Shown here in pieces: positions 1 to 13,960 of a DNA stretch of 64,000 nt. Origin of the DNA: Octopus sinensis (lineage: Eukaryota); the NCBI RefSeq assembly GCF_006345805.1, contig NC_043005.1:30008001-30072000 (forward strand), in the 5' to 3' direction. Each line of letters opens with the position of its first letter. Within the stretch, counting starts at the first letter, position 1. The notes under the pieces were generated by a model. It was not told the origin of the DNA. It made no database searches and worked only from the letters and a program-made list of their open reading frames with translations. Made by a program: the position numbers and the translations under genes.

Positions 1-314
1 AAGATGGGTGACTATGGCAAAAATGATTGCAGCGAACCCCTCTGTTCTAAGTGTGAGGTTGTAGATTGGAGAGCAGGAGAGAGGGCTCATGCTTTTGGTG
101 ATCAGGATAATCCTGGATCTGTAGGGTTCTTTGATTCCTGGTTGGAGTTTCTCCTGCATCAGGAGGATTGCATCTTTCGTGTTGTCACATATTATGGATG
201 CTTTTATTGCATTTCACTGTCTTTCTGTTTCTTTTTTTTTCATCCTTTATGTAAATCCACACACAAACTGTTGTCTGTCCACCTTATGTATGCCCTTGTG
301 GCTACTAAAAAGAA

Positions 315-570
315 TTATTATTATTATTATCATTGATTTGAATCAGATTCGGTCTTATTCCTGACAGAATTTATGCATGTAGCAGGTTACTACCTGTAAC
401 CTTAGGCATATCCACAAGCTTTCAATAGTCTTTCAAGTGCTTAAGACCTTCCTTGTAATCTCTGCTGTCCCTAAGTGGCAAACTTTCTGTTGAAGCTCAC
501 CAGAACATTCCATTCCAATCTCCTTCAACCATTTGTCTATATATTTGCTTACTGTTCCCAATGCACCAAT
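315..570 (-). mobile_element. 3' end of an RLE-type (R4/Dong-like) non-LTR retrotransposon
   Basis: Minus translation IGALGTVSKYIDKWLKEIGMECSGELQQKVCHLGTAEITRKVLST* resembles the C-terminus of RLE elements (GALG..LQK..LLGTA.ILRKVL). A short 3'UTR and (AAT)n tail follow. Confidence 0.55.
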
Positions 571-969
571 TGTTACAACCTTTATTATTATTGTTGTCAT
601 CATCATTGTCATCTTTGTCGTAATATGGTGGTGAGCTGGCAGAATTGTAAACACAACAGGTAAAATTTTTAGCATTACTTTGTCTATCTTTACGTTCTGA
701 GTTAAAATTACACTGAGGTCAACTTTGCCTTTCATCCTTTCACAGTCGATACAATACCAGTCAAAAATTGGGACCAATGTAATTCACCTAACCTTCTCCT
801 GAAACTGCTGGCCTTGTGCCAAAACTTAAAACCATTATTATTATTATTATTATTACTTTCTCTATCTCTGTCTCCCCTTCTCTCTCATTTGCCTCTCCCT
901 ATATCACACTCTCTCCCTCCTCTTTCTCTTTCCCTCTCTCTCATCATATCTTCTATCTTTATTTTCCAG

Positions 970-1099
970 ACTGATGAAGAAATAACAAAACACCTCCCCA
1001 TTGTGATGCCAATCTTCTCTCGCAACACATGCAGCATTCCAAAATCTCAATGTAGCTTCATTGAGTATTTCGTTCAAGGGATGTTTGAATCGTGGTCAG
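970..1099 (+). CDS. PDE8: cAMP phosphodiesterase PDE8-like, penultimate coding exon
   Basis: ttttccag|ACT...TCAG|gtaagt; encodes [43 protein letters not shown], matching the PDE8 catalytic C-terminus (TDEE..[27 protein letters not shown]). Earlier exons lie outside the window. Confidence 0.93.
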
Positions 1100-1479
1100 G
1101 TAAGTTAGCATTTACTTCTGTAACACTGGACTACCATGGAGCAGAAACATATCACATGTTAGTTGTACCATGTGCTACATGCCACATCAAAATAGTTGTG
1201 AAATAACTTGTCATTATTGATCATCATCATCGTCATCATCATTGTCATTCCTTTCTATATTGCCCTCATCGTCTTCTCCCTTGTGCATCTCATTCCCACA
1301 TGGTAGCATGGGATGGATGAATATATTAATGTCATTTTTTAACAACCAGACATTTTTGCTGTTGCAAACCCTTAACTGTTTTTACAACTAAAGGATCCCT
1401 TATTTGATTTGTCCTCAAAGATGTAAAACAAATGGGCAGACTGTTGATTGGATAAGTTTCAACTGCAACAACACTGCTT

Positions 1480-3400
1480 GCAGAAAGACGACCAGAAGAC
1501 AACCAACATGGAGAAGAAGGATCTGGAAGCTCAAAGATCCTGCAAATGGACAGAGATATAGAGACATATTACTCAAATCCTTTGACAAAATAGAAGGAGA
1601 TATAGCTTCACACGGTGTAGAAGACAACTGGAGGTTTCTACAGGACAACCAGCTGAGAGCCACTGACCAGATCTGTGGATGGTGCAATGTCCCCTCTCGA
1701 CCCAAAATAACGTGGTGGTGGAACAATGTTGTAGACAGGGCTATTAGAGAAAAGAAACAGGCTTGGAAGGACTGAAAGAACGGTGATAGCAGAGAACTGT
1801 ATCAGACTGCTTGAAGAGAAGCTAGGAGACAGGTTTAATTAGCCAGAGGGGAAGCAGATAAGAAAAAATTTGCCAATGTTCTGTGCCATGAGGACCAAAG
1901 ACTTGAGGTATTTCATGTTGAAAGACAGTGTGTAAGAGAGAATCGTGATGTAGGAGAGAAATGTGTTCGCATGAATGATAGTTCTCTTGCACTAAATGAG
2001 GCTACAAAGAGAGAGACTTGGAGACGTCACTATGAAAGGTTGCTGAATAAAGAAAATGAATGGGAGAAAGAGAGTCTGCTGAATGTCAACCCAACAGAGG
2101 GACCAGCTATCTGAGTTGACAGTACCTTGGTAGATAAAGCAATTAAGAGTATGAAGACAGGGAAAGCCCCAAGCCCATCAGGAATCACTGCAGAGATGCT
2201 CAAAATATCTGACAGTTTCAGCTATAGCCTAGTCACCCGTATAGTTAACCAGGTAATTCATGAAGGAGTCATACCCAATGACTGGTGTAGCAGCATAATA
2301 GTCAACTGCTACAAAGGTAAAGGTAACGTTTTTGATACAAATAATTACAGAGGTATCAAGTTGTTGGATCAGTTAATGAAGGTCACAGAGAGGGTCATAG
2401 CCCAACTAATTAGGGAGAGAGTCAGTTTAGATGAGATCCAGTTTGGGTTCAGCTGCAGGAGAAATACCTAGCCAAAGATAAGCCCCTGTACCTGGCTTTT
2501 GTTGACATGGAGAAAGCCTTCGACAGGGTCCCCCGATCCCTTATCTGGTGGTCAATGAGGAAACTAGGGATAGATGAATGCTTAGTGAGAGCTGTGCAAG
2601 CCATGTACAGGGACGCTGTCAGTAAGGTGAGGGTTGGCAACAAGTACACTAAAGAATTCCGGGTAGAGGTAGGGGTCCACCAAGGCTCAGTCCTCAGCCC
2701 CCCTCCTATTTATCATAGTCCTCCAGGCAATAATGGAGGAATTCAACACAGGATGCCCTTGGGAGCTCCTATATGCTGATGACCTTGCTCTAATTGCTGA
2801 GTCACTATCAGAACTAGAGGAGAAGTTTCAAGTGTGGAAACAAGGATTAGAATCGAAAGGCCTTAGAGTCAACCTAGCTAAAACCAAAGTCCTAATAAGT
2901 AGGAAGGCAAATACCTTCAGGTAGATGGCTCTGGTCGATCTGTAGAAAAGGCATAGGTAAAAACTCTATAAGATGTACCCAGTGTAAGCTATGGACACAT
3001 AAGAGGTGCAGCAATATCAAAGGAAGGTTAACTGGGAAGATAGCTTTTGTATGTGGCAGATGCTCAGGAGCAATAAACATTGAAAATGTGCAGGGAACAC
3101 ATTCCAGGGAGAAAAACTAGAAGTAGTTGATAGCTTCCATTACCTAGGTGACCAAGTCAGTAGCAGGGGAGGATGCGCTGAAAGTGTAGCTGCTAGAATA
3201 AGAATAGCCTGGGCAAAGTTCAGAGAGCTCTTACCTCTGCTGGTGACAAAGGGCTTCTCGCTCAGAGTAAAAGGTAGACTGCATGACGCATGTGTATGAA
3301 CAGCCATGCTACATAGCTACGAAACATGGGCTGTGACTGCTGAGAACATGCGTAAGCTCGCAAGGATTGAAGCTAGTATGATCCAATGGATGTAAAATGT
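1480..3400 (+). mobile_element. RTE-clade LINE, 5'-truncated, degenerate (copy 1)
   Basis: RT fragments MKTGKAPSPSG, NYRGIKLL, MEKAFDRVPR, VHQGSVLSP, LLYADDL with stops and frameshifts; colinear with 37755-39990. Confidence 0.92.
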
Positions 3401-3499
3401 CTGTGTGACCAAGTTAGTAGTGGGGGCGGATGCTCAGAGAGTGTCACCACTAGAATATGAATAGCCAGGGCAAAGTTTAGAAAGCTTCTGCCCCTAGAA

Positions 3500-3870
3500 T
3501 CTGATCTGACAGTGTTTCCTTCCTAATGCCAACCACTCAAAGAGTGTAGTAGGTGCTTTTTACGTGCCACTGGCACAGGGGCCAGGGGAGCTGGCATCAA
3601 CCACGATCAGATGGTGCTTTTTACATGCCATTGGTATGGAAGCCAGTCAAAGCTTTTTATGTGCTACCAGCACAGGGCTTACAACTGCAATTTCCATTTG
3701 ATTTGGTTTTGATATTGCTGATGTTGATGTACTTGACTCAATAGGTCTCCTCAAGCATGGCATGTCGCCCTAAGATCCAAGGTACTTTTGAGTGGGCTGG
3801 TTATGCGACACTGGTGTAGGTTACAGCTGTAGACTCACTCACTCATAGCGATTCCCTTCTCCCCTAGCAT
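3500..3870 (-). mobile_element. LINE 3'-tail / SINE-type repeat
   Basis: Reverse complement of the tail at 40020-40400 (gtaaaaagcacc units, actacactct..gagtggttggcattaggaag). Confidence 0.75.
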
Positions 3871-3948
3871 GAAGCTGTAATTCTCTTGTCCCCTAGCATG
3901 TGACACCTACATATATTTTGGCTAATTATTATTTGGTTTTACTTTCAG

Positions 3949-4100
3949 AAATCTGTGATATTCCCGAACTAATGGAGTTCCTCAAGATTAATTATCAATA
4001 CTGGAAGAAGGAAGATGTACAAGAATCAGCAGAATTACCAGAAATCGAAGAAGAGATTTCCCAAAGTGAAGACACAAAGGAAGATTCCAAAGATAGTTAG
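3949..4100 (+). CDS. PDE8: PDE8-like terminal coding exon
   Basis: actttcag acceptor, phase 1 compatible with the previous exon (G+AA=Glu); EICDIPELMEFLKINYQYWKKEDVQ...DSKDS* resembles PDE8 (DLPDLMQHL..NFKYWK). Confidence 0.9.
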
Positions 4101-5155
4101 GGGTCATTTTAGAAACTAAGTGATATATGTTTAAGAAGTGTTTGATTGTGTTTTCATATTAGTGGACATTAATGGCCACCTTAAATCCAAGAAGAACAAG
4201 AGAAATGAATGGACAAAAGATAAACCGTTGTTAACAGAAGTTGACCATGTCATCCCAAAGAAAAGAAAATATGGAAAATAATAATATTAATAATAACAAA
4301 GATAATAATGATGATGATAATTAAAAAACCAACAAATATTGTTCTATTTTTATAAACAGCTTCCGACTCTATCATTTCATGTTTCTTTTATTCTTCCTTT
4401 CATTCATAAAAGGAAACAATAATTTGGAAGAACAACAACAACAATAACAATAACAACAACACAAGGAATATTCTTGATGAAACTGCTGTTCAAGAAAATA
4501 AATACAAAAGAGAACAACAAAAGAAATAATAAAAAACTAAAATACAAAAACTGCTATTTTTGTGTGCATGTATGTGTGTATCAGTGTGTGGTGTGTGTGT
4601 GTGTGTGTGGTGTGTGTGTGTGTGTGTGTTGACAGTGAGCTGGTGTTTAGTGAGAGATAATTAGGATAATCTACAAACCCCCTGGATTATAGAGACTTTG
4701 AAACTGAGACCCCCTACACCCATTGACCCAACCCCCAATTGTATCCTTTCCACCAGTTAACACACACCATTATATATAACAACCATTTAAAAAAAAAAAA
4801 ACAAAAGACAACAAACACATATATTTAAAAATAACACAAATAATAATTATGAAAATAAAAACATTAAATAATGAAAAAAACATTTTTAATGGAATAAACA
4901 TTAGAATATATATATTTATGAAAGAAACAATGACAGGATTCTGGAGACGTTGGTCAGTTGTTAAAAGAGAGGTGTGCGATATAAAGAGACAATATATCAC
5001 AACAACAACAACATAATAATGATGATGATGATGATAATAATAATAATAATAATAATAATATAGTAATAATAACAAGCAAAACCAACAACAATAACTGCAG
5101 CAATAGCTAAAATATGATTTGATTTGTTTTTATTTTTCTTTCTTTGCATGTGTGT

Positions 5156-5226
<71 letters not shown>

Positions 5227-5988
5227 CATATGATATAAAATTTGTGTTGCTTGGAACTTCAAGTTTTGTTTCATAGTTCAGCCTCTTTAAATGAAACTTG
5301 CATTCCCAACCAACAGAAATTTTATAATGAATTTGACTCGACTTTCAGTACTGAGTCATTTGACTCAACTCTCGGTATTGCGTCATTTTGTCAGTAACTG
5401 TTTCCTTGTTATAACAACCTTAATTTAACATGTATACATGTATACATATGTGTGTATATATCTATAGATGTGTGTGTGTACACACTTATATATAATAGTT
5501 TTATTTTGGTCAAGTTAGGCACTCCGTCACTTGTTATTCTGCATTTTGCCTGCATGTGCCCAGGCTCTTGTAATTGTCTGAAAACCCTGAGCACCCACAG
5601 GTGAATCTCAGAGTAGCAAGGGACTGACTTGACCATTATGAGACCAAAATAAAAATATTATTAGCCTCTATTATGGTAACGAATGCTCTTTCTTACTACA
5701 CTCAACCCTAAATGAATTTTATATATATATATATATGCATGCGTGTGTGTGTGTGTGTGTGTGTGTGTTAGAAAGTTAAAAGTTATGGCCAGTTGTAGAG
5801 TGACCATTGGTTATGCACTTACAGCCATTTGAGTCTGATGTGCTGCCTATACTGCTAAGCACTTCATAGCTGCAAAACCAATGGTCACTCTATAACTTGC
5901 CAATATATATAGATTACTGCTCTGGTGCTTTGGAGCATGCGTCTTTTTCAGATATATGAACTCCTGATGAGATATATATACATGTATG

Positions 5989-6068
<80 letters not shown>

Positions 6069-6069
6069 A

Positions 6070-6101
<32 letters not shown>

Positions 6102-6191
6102 GCGTGTGTGTGTATATATATATATATGTGTGTATGTATATATATATATAATATATATATATACACACATATGTATATATGTATATGTATA

Positions 6192-6817
6192 TATGAGGGG
6201 ACATATATTATTGTTATTGTCACACTGCCTTCTGCTCCTGTGTGCTTATAATTGGTACTGTTGTGGTAATGTGATCGAAATTTGAGCCTGATGGTGCCAT
6301 TTTTCTTTTTGGCTTTACAGTGTAAGCATGGCTGCTCCACTAGCAATGTACACCAAAGAACAAAGACCAGTGATCTGATTCCTCTGGTCAGAAGGTATTT
6401 TAGTTGCTGAAATTCATCGGAAAATTTTAGCATGATACAAGGACAGTGATCTACGGCATAGAAGTGTGTATGAGTGGATCGAGAAGTCTAAAAATGGCTG
6501 GACAGGCATGATGCATGAAGGGGGAGCAGGACGCACGTCAACCTCCACCACTTAACAGAAGATTCAGTAAGCTCGAGAGAACTGATTTACCCTTTCCATC
6601 TCTCGGATCACTGATCTTTGTTCTTCTTTGGTACACATTGCTAGTGGAGCAGCCATTCTTACACTATAAAGCTAGAAAGAAAAATAGCGCAAGCTCAAAC
6701 TTTGATTATGTGACCCAGTGGTGCCAACTAGAAGCACACCTGCACAGAAGGCAGAGTGACTATTCTAAAGATATGTTAAGGTGATAGTGCAGGTAGTTTT
6801 AGACTTCCCCTCATGTA
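6192..6817. mobile_element. Mariner-derived foldback element with about 200-bp inverted arms
   Basis: Arms 6192-6385 and 6600-6817 are imperfect reverse complements; TA...gagggg / cccctca...TA ends. The middle encodes a decayed mariner N-terminus (MAAPLAMYTKEQRPVI*FLWSEG; SVYEWIEK..GAGRTSTS). Confidence 0.8.
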
Positions 6818-7421
6818 TATGGTGTGTGTGTGTGTGTCTATACATATATATAACGAAGCTGTATCTGTTTGACAATTGACTTGATCTGAGACTGTGTGTT
6901 GAAATTGTAGCACTCACATTGTGCAAAAGTCATTTAAACCATTTAACAAAACACAGGAACTGTTACATCCAAACTTATTCATGTGAAGGGTTAAAAATAA
7001 GTTTGTTACATTATTGCAACTTGGTGATTGATGTAATTATCCTGCATCCATTGAAAATCAGTTACAAATTAGATTTTCTAAGCCTCACATTCTTTTGATC
7101 TAGAAGATTACTATGTTGTTTTTGTTTGCATTTTTCACATATAACCCTTTACTCACTTTTAGATTCAATTCCTTTGTTTTCTCTCTCTATCTACACCATA
7201 TTTCTATCAAATTCACGATCTTTATTCTCTTTTATTTAACATTTTGTTACCATATTTTCTGTTGGAATACACTGCCTTTGTTTGAAAATAGCGAAGAATT
7301 TAGTTAAGTAACTTTGTCCTTGTAAAGTTGGTGTTTGGAACAAGTCTGCCATAGACTGGCATCTCATTTAGAGATATTGTTGGATCTCAGTCACTTAAAA
7401 CATCAGAGAAACAAAACACTA

Positions 7422-7463
<42 letters not shown>

Positions 7464-7504
7464 ATTATTTTATTATTATTATTATTATTATCATTATTAT
7501 ATAG

Positions 7505-7825
7505 TCTTGGCACAGGCATAGCTGCGTGGTAAGAAGCTTGCTTCCCAACCACATGATTCCAGGTTCAACCCACTGCATGGCATCTTGGCAAGTGTCTTCT
7601 ACTATAGCCGCAGGCCGACCAAAGCCTTGTGAGTGGATTTGGTAGACAGAAACTGAAAGAAGCCCATCATATATATATTTATGTGTGCATGTCTTAGTGT
7701 CTGTGTTTGTCGCCCCACCCCAACCATCACTTGATAACCGATGCTGGTGTGTCTATGTCACTATAACTTAGCAGTCCAGCAAAAGAGACTGATCGAATAA
7801 GTACTAGGCTTATAAAGAATAAGAG
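7505..7825 (+). mobile_element. tRNA-headed SINE
   Basis: A/B-box-like head (agctgcgtggtaag, ggttcaacccac), body with internal (TA)n. Related copies near 9200-9580, 12060-12450, 27240-27850, 30230-30620, 60980-61140 and 62560-63005. Confidence 0.85.
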
Positions 7826-8414
7826 AGAATTAATGTGTGAATATCAAAAGTATTTTGATATTCACACATTAAAAACATCATCAAACGTTATTATTACATT
7901 GCAGTAAATCCAAGCGGAACCAACTTGCTTGAATAAACTGAATTGTTTAAAACGATCTTTTAGAGAACCATATTTAGTATAAAAGGCAAGGCTAATTTTA
8001 GAGTTATGCCCCTTGACACCATCTCTAGTGGGTGTTGTGAGGTGACAAGTTTTCTGGAAAAAAGTCTATGGGAAATGTGTGTAAGTTTTAAGATTGATTT
8101 TTCTTGTAGAATTGGAATGTGTGTATTGTTTTTGGACGGGGGAGGGGTAGGTGCCCAAAAGCCACATAAGCATATGTGTGTTCGTTTGTGTAATTTTGAT
8201 TCAAACTTTGATTAAATTCTTTGAGGTATTTATGTATACATGGGAGGAGTGTAGGGTTACTTTATATGTGTGGGCTTATATTGGGGGTGGAAAAGGGTCT
8301 ATTGGGTGGATGTCTATCATGTTAGGGTGTCTATGTGAGCATCTGTGTATATTCTGGTGGGAGGTCCAAAGCTGAGGAACTGACAGCTATAGTCACAATG
8401 GAGCACATAGGTAT

Positions 8415-8790
8415 AATAATAATAATGAAATTATTGTATACAGTGCTCAGGTGTACCACAACTTGTCAGAAAGTGTGTATAAAGTACATGCAGTAATGTA
8501 CAAATGTCTGGAAAGTGAACAATGTATGAGTCAGATACATGCTTGTGTGTGTATGGAGGGGAGAAAATCAGGTGTAGTGTTGGTGAATCTCAGAAAGCAT
8601 GGAAGTTTTGAAGGATGCAGTGCTCCGACAACTAACAACTGACGCCGGCAGTTTGTTCCATGCTTCAGCAACTCTCAGCGTGAAAAAATGTTACCTAAAT
8701 TCATGGGAGGCTGTGCTGTTTTCTGACTTTGTAAATATGTCCACGGGTGTTAGACGGGTGGAGTTTGAACAGAAATACCTCCTTTCATGT
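8415..8790 (-). mobile_element. CR1-clade LINE 3' fragment
   Basis: Minus translation FFTLRVAEAWNKLPASVVSCRSTASFK (CR1 C-terminal R..WN.LP motif), then 3'UTR and an (ATT)n tail. Confidence 0.75.
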
Positions 8791-9939
8791 GGGCAAAGAT
8801 TAAAAATTGATTTGTTTTTATATTTCTTTCTTTGCTTGCATGTGTGTGTGTGTGTGTGTGTGTGTGTGATTTTATTTGGGTCCTATCACTACTTCACAAC
8901 CAGTGTTGGCTTATTTGACACCCCCATAACTTAGCAGTTTGACAAAGGATATTGATAGAATACATACCGGGCTTCAAGTTAAGAGCTGGTGGTGGGGGGG
9001 CGTTTGTTCAGTTCAGCCCTTCAGATGGTTCCACAGCAAGGTCACAGCCGAGTGAGTAAAACAAGTGACAGATAAAAGAAAAGAAGGCAGCAGACCAAGT
9101 CTGCAGACATTTCAAACCATCACCGTGAAGAAAACAATCCAAAATCCAATTAGCAAGTATTGTAAACAACAACAAAAATGCAAATGAATTAAATAGATGA
9201 ATAAATATATTCCCTGATCAGTCCTACTGCATGGCACCTTGGGCTATAGTCTTCTACTATAGCCTCAAGCTGACCAAATCCTTGTGAGTGGATTTGATAA
9301 ACAGAAACTGAAAGAAGCCCTTTGTATATATATATATGTATATATATATATACATATATGTGTGTGTGTCTTTGTGTATGTGTTTGTTCACCCCACCACC
9401 ACTTGACAACCAATGCTGGTTTGTTTACAACCCCCATAACTTAGTGGTTTGGCAGAAGAGACTGATGGAATAAGTACTAGGCTTACAAAGAATAAGTCGT
9501 GGAGACAGTTTGTTCAACTAAAGGCAGTGTTCCAGCATGGCCACAGTCAAATGACTAAGACAAGTAAAAGAATGAGAGAAAAGAATGAATGTACAATATT
9601 GATAGCAAGAGAGAAAAGGAGTTGCATGTGATTGTGTCAACAGACTCTTAGGTTAGAAACTAAAGCCATGACAATACTATTGACCAACTGGTTTGGAGTG
9701 TGGAGATGAACAGGGAGGAGATGTTGTTAGTCGTTGATGCTTATGAAAACTTGCCAATAACTGAATTTCAACAATGAAATATTGTGTCAATGACCAAGTT
9801 ACAGAATGTACTACGGAGATATTTGGCCCTTCATTGGGAAGGAATGAGAGGAAATAACACATGGTGTTTTTTTTTTTAAATGCTTAAAATAACAATTCTA
9901 CAATGTAATTGTCAAACATACACCCACACACACGCATAT

Positions 9940-9990
9940 GAAAATATTTATATATGTATATGTACATATACATGTATGTATGTGTGTATG

Positions 9991-10022
<32 letters not shown>

Positions 10023-10065
10023 TATACATATAGACATATGCAAATTATTTATGTATCGATTATAC

Positions 10066-10101
<36 letters not shown>

Positions 10102-10160
10102 GAGTGTGTATACATACATATATGTATGCATATATGTGTGTGTATATACATGTATATATA

Positions 10161-10199
<39 letters not shown>

Positions 10200-10500
10200 T
10201 ATATATAATATATGCATATATATAATATATGTGCATATATGTATACACACACATTATATATGGATGCATATATAATATATATATATATATATATTATTAT
10301 ATATATAGATATATATGTATAATATATAATATGTGGTTGTGTGTGTGTGGTGTTGTATATATATATATGTGTGTGTGTGTGTGGTGTGTGGGTGTAGTAT
10401 GTATGTATGTATGTATGTATGTATGTATGTATGCATGCATACATGCATGAGTGTATGTATGTATAGTTCTGCACATGTATGACTGCATGCATGTCTGTCT
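9940..10500. repeat. Compound (TA)n/(TG)n/(TATG)n microsatellite, representative of dozens in the window
   Basis: Direct reading. Others include 5150-5224, 5960-6190, 11660-11800, 16820-16912, 30630-30720, 33270-33330, 40490-40695 and 62740-62840. Confidence 0.95.
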
Positions 10501-10923
10501 GTATGAGACATAAAACTAAAAGAAAGAGCCAGACTAATGTCTACATCTTCAATTAAAATCTCCACGTATTTGTTGTTCTGTGATGTTCTCCTGTAGAAGT
10601 AGACTTTTTATTTGATCAGTTTCTTAGTTTACTGCTTGATGGACATATTAGAAAGTTATTATTTCTATGGAAAAAAAAAAGAAAAGAAAAACAAACTACA
10701 TCACTTATTTCTCATTGTTTCTTCAATTTATGTTACTGTTTTGCCTGTTTTGTTTGTTTGTTTCTTTTTATAGGTTTTGTTTTGAGATGTGTTTTGAACA
10801 CATTTGCCATTTTTTTCCAGCCTGTTTTTTTTTTTCCTGTTTCTTTCCAGCTTTTTTTTTTCCCCTTTTTTTTTTGCTGTTTTTTCCAGCCTGCAATATT
10901 GCAATTTTTACAATGAAACAAGA

Positions 10924-10966
<43 letters not shown>

Positions 10967-11136
10967 ATGCATGTGTGTGTGTGGTCTAGTGCAAGTGCAG
11001 GAGGGGTGAATACATTGTGAAACTATTTATTGTGACATCTTTACATGTGTTTCAGTGACAGTTACATCAATGAATATCTGAAATTTTATTTTGCTTAATC
11101 TGTACAAATCAGCTTCAATATCAGAGGTCAATATAT

Positions 11137-11196
<60 letters not shown>

Positions 11197-11249
11197 GTTT
11201 AAATATGACCATTCCGAATATAACAATATATTATATATATATATCCCCA

Positions 11250-11300
<51 letters not shown>

Positions 11301-11344
11301 GTGTATGTGTGTGTGTGTGTGTTTGTGGGCGTAAATATATAGAA

Positions 11345-11653
11345 ATATATGAAAACGATAAACGTCACCCTTTCCAAGCTCATGGGCCTGGTTTCCTGGT
11401 TTCTGTGACGTATATGTTTCCCCTAGCTGGACGGGACACTAGTCCATTGCAGCGTTGCTCAAGAAACAGGAAGAGAGAGTGAGAGAAAGTTGTGGCGAAA
11501 GAGTATAACAGGGGTAGTCACCACCCTTTGGCAGAGCCTTGTGGAGCTTTTAAGTGTTTTCGTTCAACAAACACACACAACGGCCAGTCCAGGAATCGAA
11601 ACCACAATCCTCTGACTGCGAGTCCGCTGCCCTAACCACTGGGCCATTGCACC

Positions 11654-11657
<4 letters not shown>
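11345..11657 (-). mobile_element. tRNA-derived SINE (second family)
   Basis: Minus strand starts ggaggtgcaatggcccagtggttagggcagcggactcgcagtcagaggattgtggtttcgattcc (A and B boxes) and continues into a non-tRNA body. Confidence 0.75.
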
Positions 11658-11693
<36 letters not shown>

Positions 11694-11726
11694 ATATATA
11701 ATATATATATATATATAATATATATG

Positions 11727-11795
<69 letters not shown>

Positions 11796-11801
11796 TATAT
11801 A

Positions 11802-13960
11802 TATAGCAATTAAGGACAACTACTTAATAAGGAAAACTTAACAAGAAATTGTCAGGTAGATAGTGTGAAATGTCTTACTTTGAAAAAATTGCATTCGGTG
11901 GGATTAGTAATATTTTTGTAGAAATGACTAATTGTCCCTCTTAGCGTGTGGCATGTATGTATAATGCCTTCTGGCATGTATGTATAATGCCCTCTATATA
12001 TAATTATATATATATATATATATATAATACATATATATTATATAATATAATATATATATATAGGCAGAGAAGTGGCTGTGTGGTAAGTAGCTTGCCTACC
12101 AACCAACTTGGTTCCGGGTTCATTCAGCCTCACTACATGGCACCTTGGGCAAGTGTCTTCTACTATAAGCCTTGTGCTGACCAACACCTTGTGAGTGGAT
12201 TTGGTAGACGGAAACTGAAAGAAGCCCGCCTAGTATATATATGTGTGTGTGTGTATGTCTGTGTTTGTTCCCCCAACATTGCTTGACAACTGATGCTGGT
12301 GTGTTTATGTCCCCGTAACTTAGCAGTTCAGCAAAAGAGACAGATAGAATAAGTACTAGACTTACAAAGAATAAGTCCTGGTGTCGATTTGGTTGACTAG
12401 AACTGGTGCTCCAGCATGACTGCAGTCAAATGACTGAAACAAGTAAAAGAAAATATATATATTTAAATATATGTATATGTATATGCACATATATCTATCT
12501 ATCTATCTATGTATCTATATATTATATATATATACACACGCATATATATATATATAATATACATACATACATACAACATATATATATATATATTATATAG
12601 ATAAATATAGATATATATATATATGTGTATATATATATATATATGAATATATATGTATGTGTGTATATATATATATATGTATATATATATGTGTGTGTGT
12701 GTGTTTGTGTGTATATATATATATATATGAATTTTTTGCTGAATGAGATAAAAAAACCAAGGCTGTATAGATATTAGAGCATTTATAGATAGAAGGTCTT
12801 ACAGCTGTTTCTAGGATATTAATTAATAATATCCCTTCATCGGAGACGGTGTGAGAGGAAAAATTAAGTCATAGTTAGTTTCGATGTGATACAAATAGAG
12901 AGTGAGGTGGAGGAAAGAAAATAGATGTAAGACATGTATGGTTATTGAATTCGTAAATCTGAATATATATATAAAATACAACAGAATAGCAGGAAGCAAG
13001 TTGTTGATATATCAGTTATTTCTTATCCGTTACAATCCAAGATCAGTGAATAATCACAAGTTATGATTTATAATCTTTAATATATATTCAAGCAGTTGGA
13101 TCATGGATTGCAACTTGAGACAGGAAGTAGAAATACGAAGGGACGTTGGCATGTAATCTCTTTAGAAATATGCAAAAACCAGTGGGAATTAGGAGGATGA
13201 GATGGGATCAGTGGGAAAGCTACAAGTACATGGGTAGTTAGCAACATAAATGACAGAAGGGGAAACATTTATAGAGATAGGGGCTATGAAAGGGGATTTG
13301 TTAAATGCAGACGGTTAACTCAGCCAGTACTCATACAAATACTGACTAACAGGATGCATAGAAGGAAACAATGCCTCAATAGGAGAAAATATTGCACATA
13401 AACTGAAAATTCAATCTCAGAGTTAAGGATTATTGGTATGTGTGTGTATATATGTGTGTGTGTATATATATATATATATGCATATACACACACACACACA
13501 CATATATATATACATATACACACATATATATATGTATATATATATATGTGTGTGTGTGTGTATGTATGTATATATATATATATATTGTGTGTATATATAT
13601 ATATATATATATTTATATATAGAGGGCATTATACATACATGCCAGAGGGCATTATACATACATGCCACACGCTAAGAGGGACAATTAGTCATTTCTACCA
13701 AAAATATACTAATCCCACCGAATGCAATTTTTCAAGTAAGACAATATTTTTGGTAGAAATGACTAATTGTCCCTCTTAGCGTGTGGCATGTATGTATAAT
13801 GCCCTCTGGCATGTATGTATAATGCCCTCTATATATAAATTAATATGTTCAATAAGAAATAATTATTTTCGAATTTTTTCTCTTTATGAGGTTTTCACGC
13901 TATCTACCTGACAATTTTTGTTAAGTTTTCCTTATTAAGTAGTTGTCCTTAATTGCTATA
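11802..13960. mobile_element. TA-flanked element with about 68-bp terminal inverted repeats and nested insertions
   Basis: tatagcaattaaggacaactacttaataagg...gtgaaa (11802-11870) is reverse-complementary to 13893-13960. Contains a SINE, microsatellites and a perfect hairpin (13616-13836). Confidence 0.7.

Noticed and set aside
1-230. Open frames on both strands at the window start as a further PDE8 exon
   Set aside because: No PDE motif (expected KCADVSNP-like) and no convincing splice sites.
11580-11657. tRNA gene (also 7505-7580, 15860-15930, 50588-50655)
   Set aside because: No intact acceptor stem or cloverleaf; each continues into a repeat body, so these are SINE heads.
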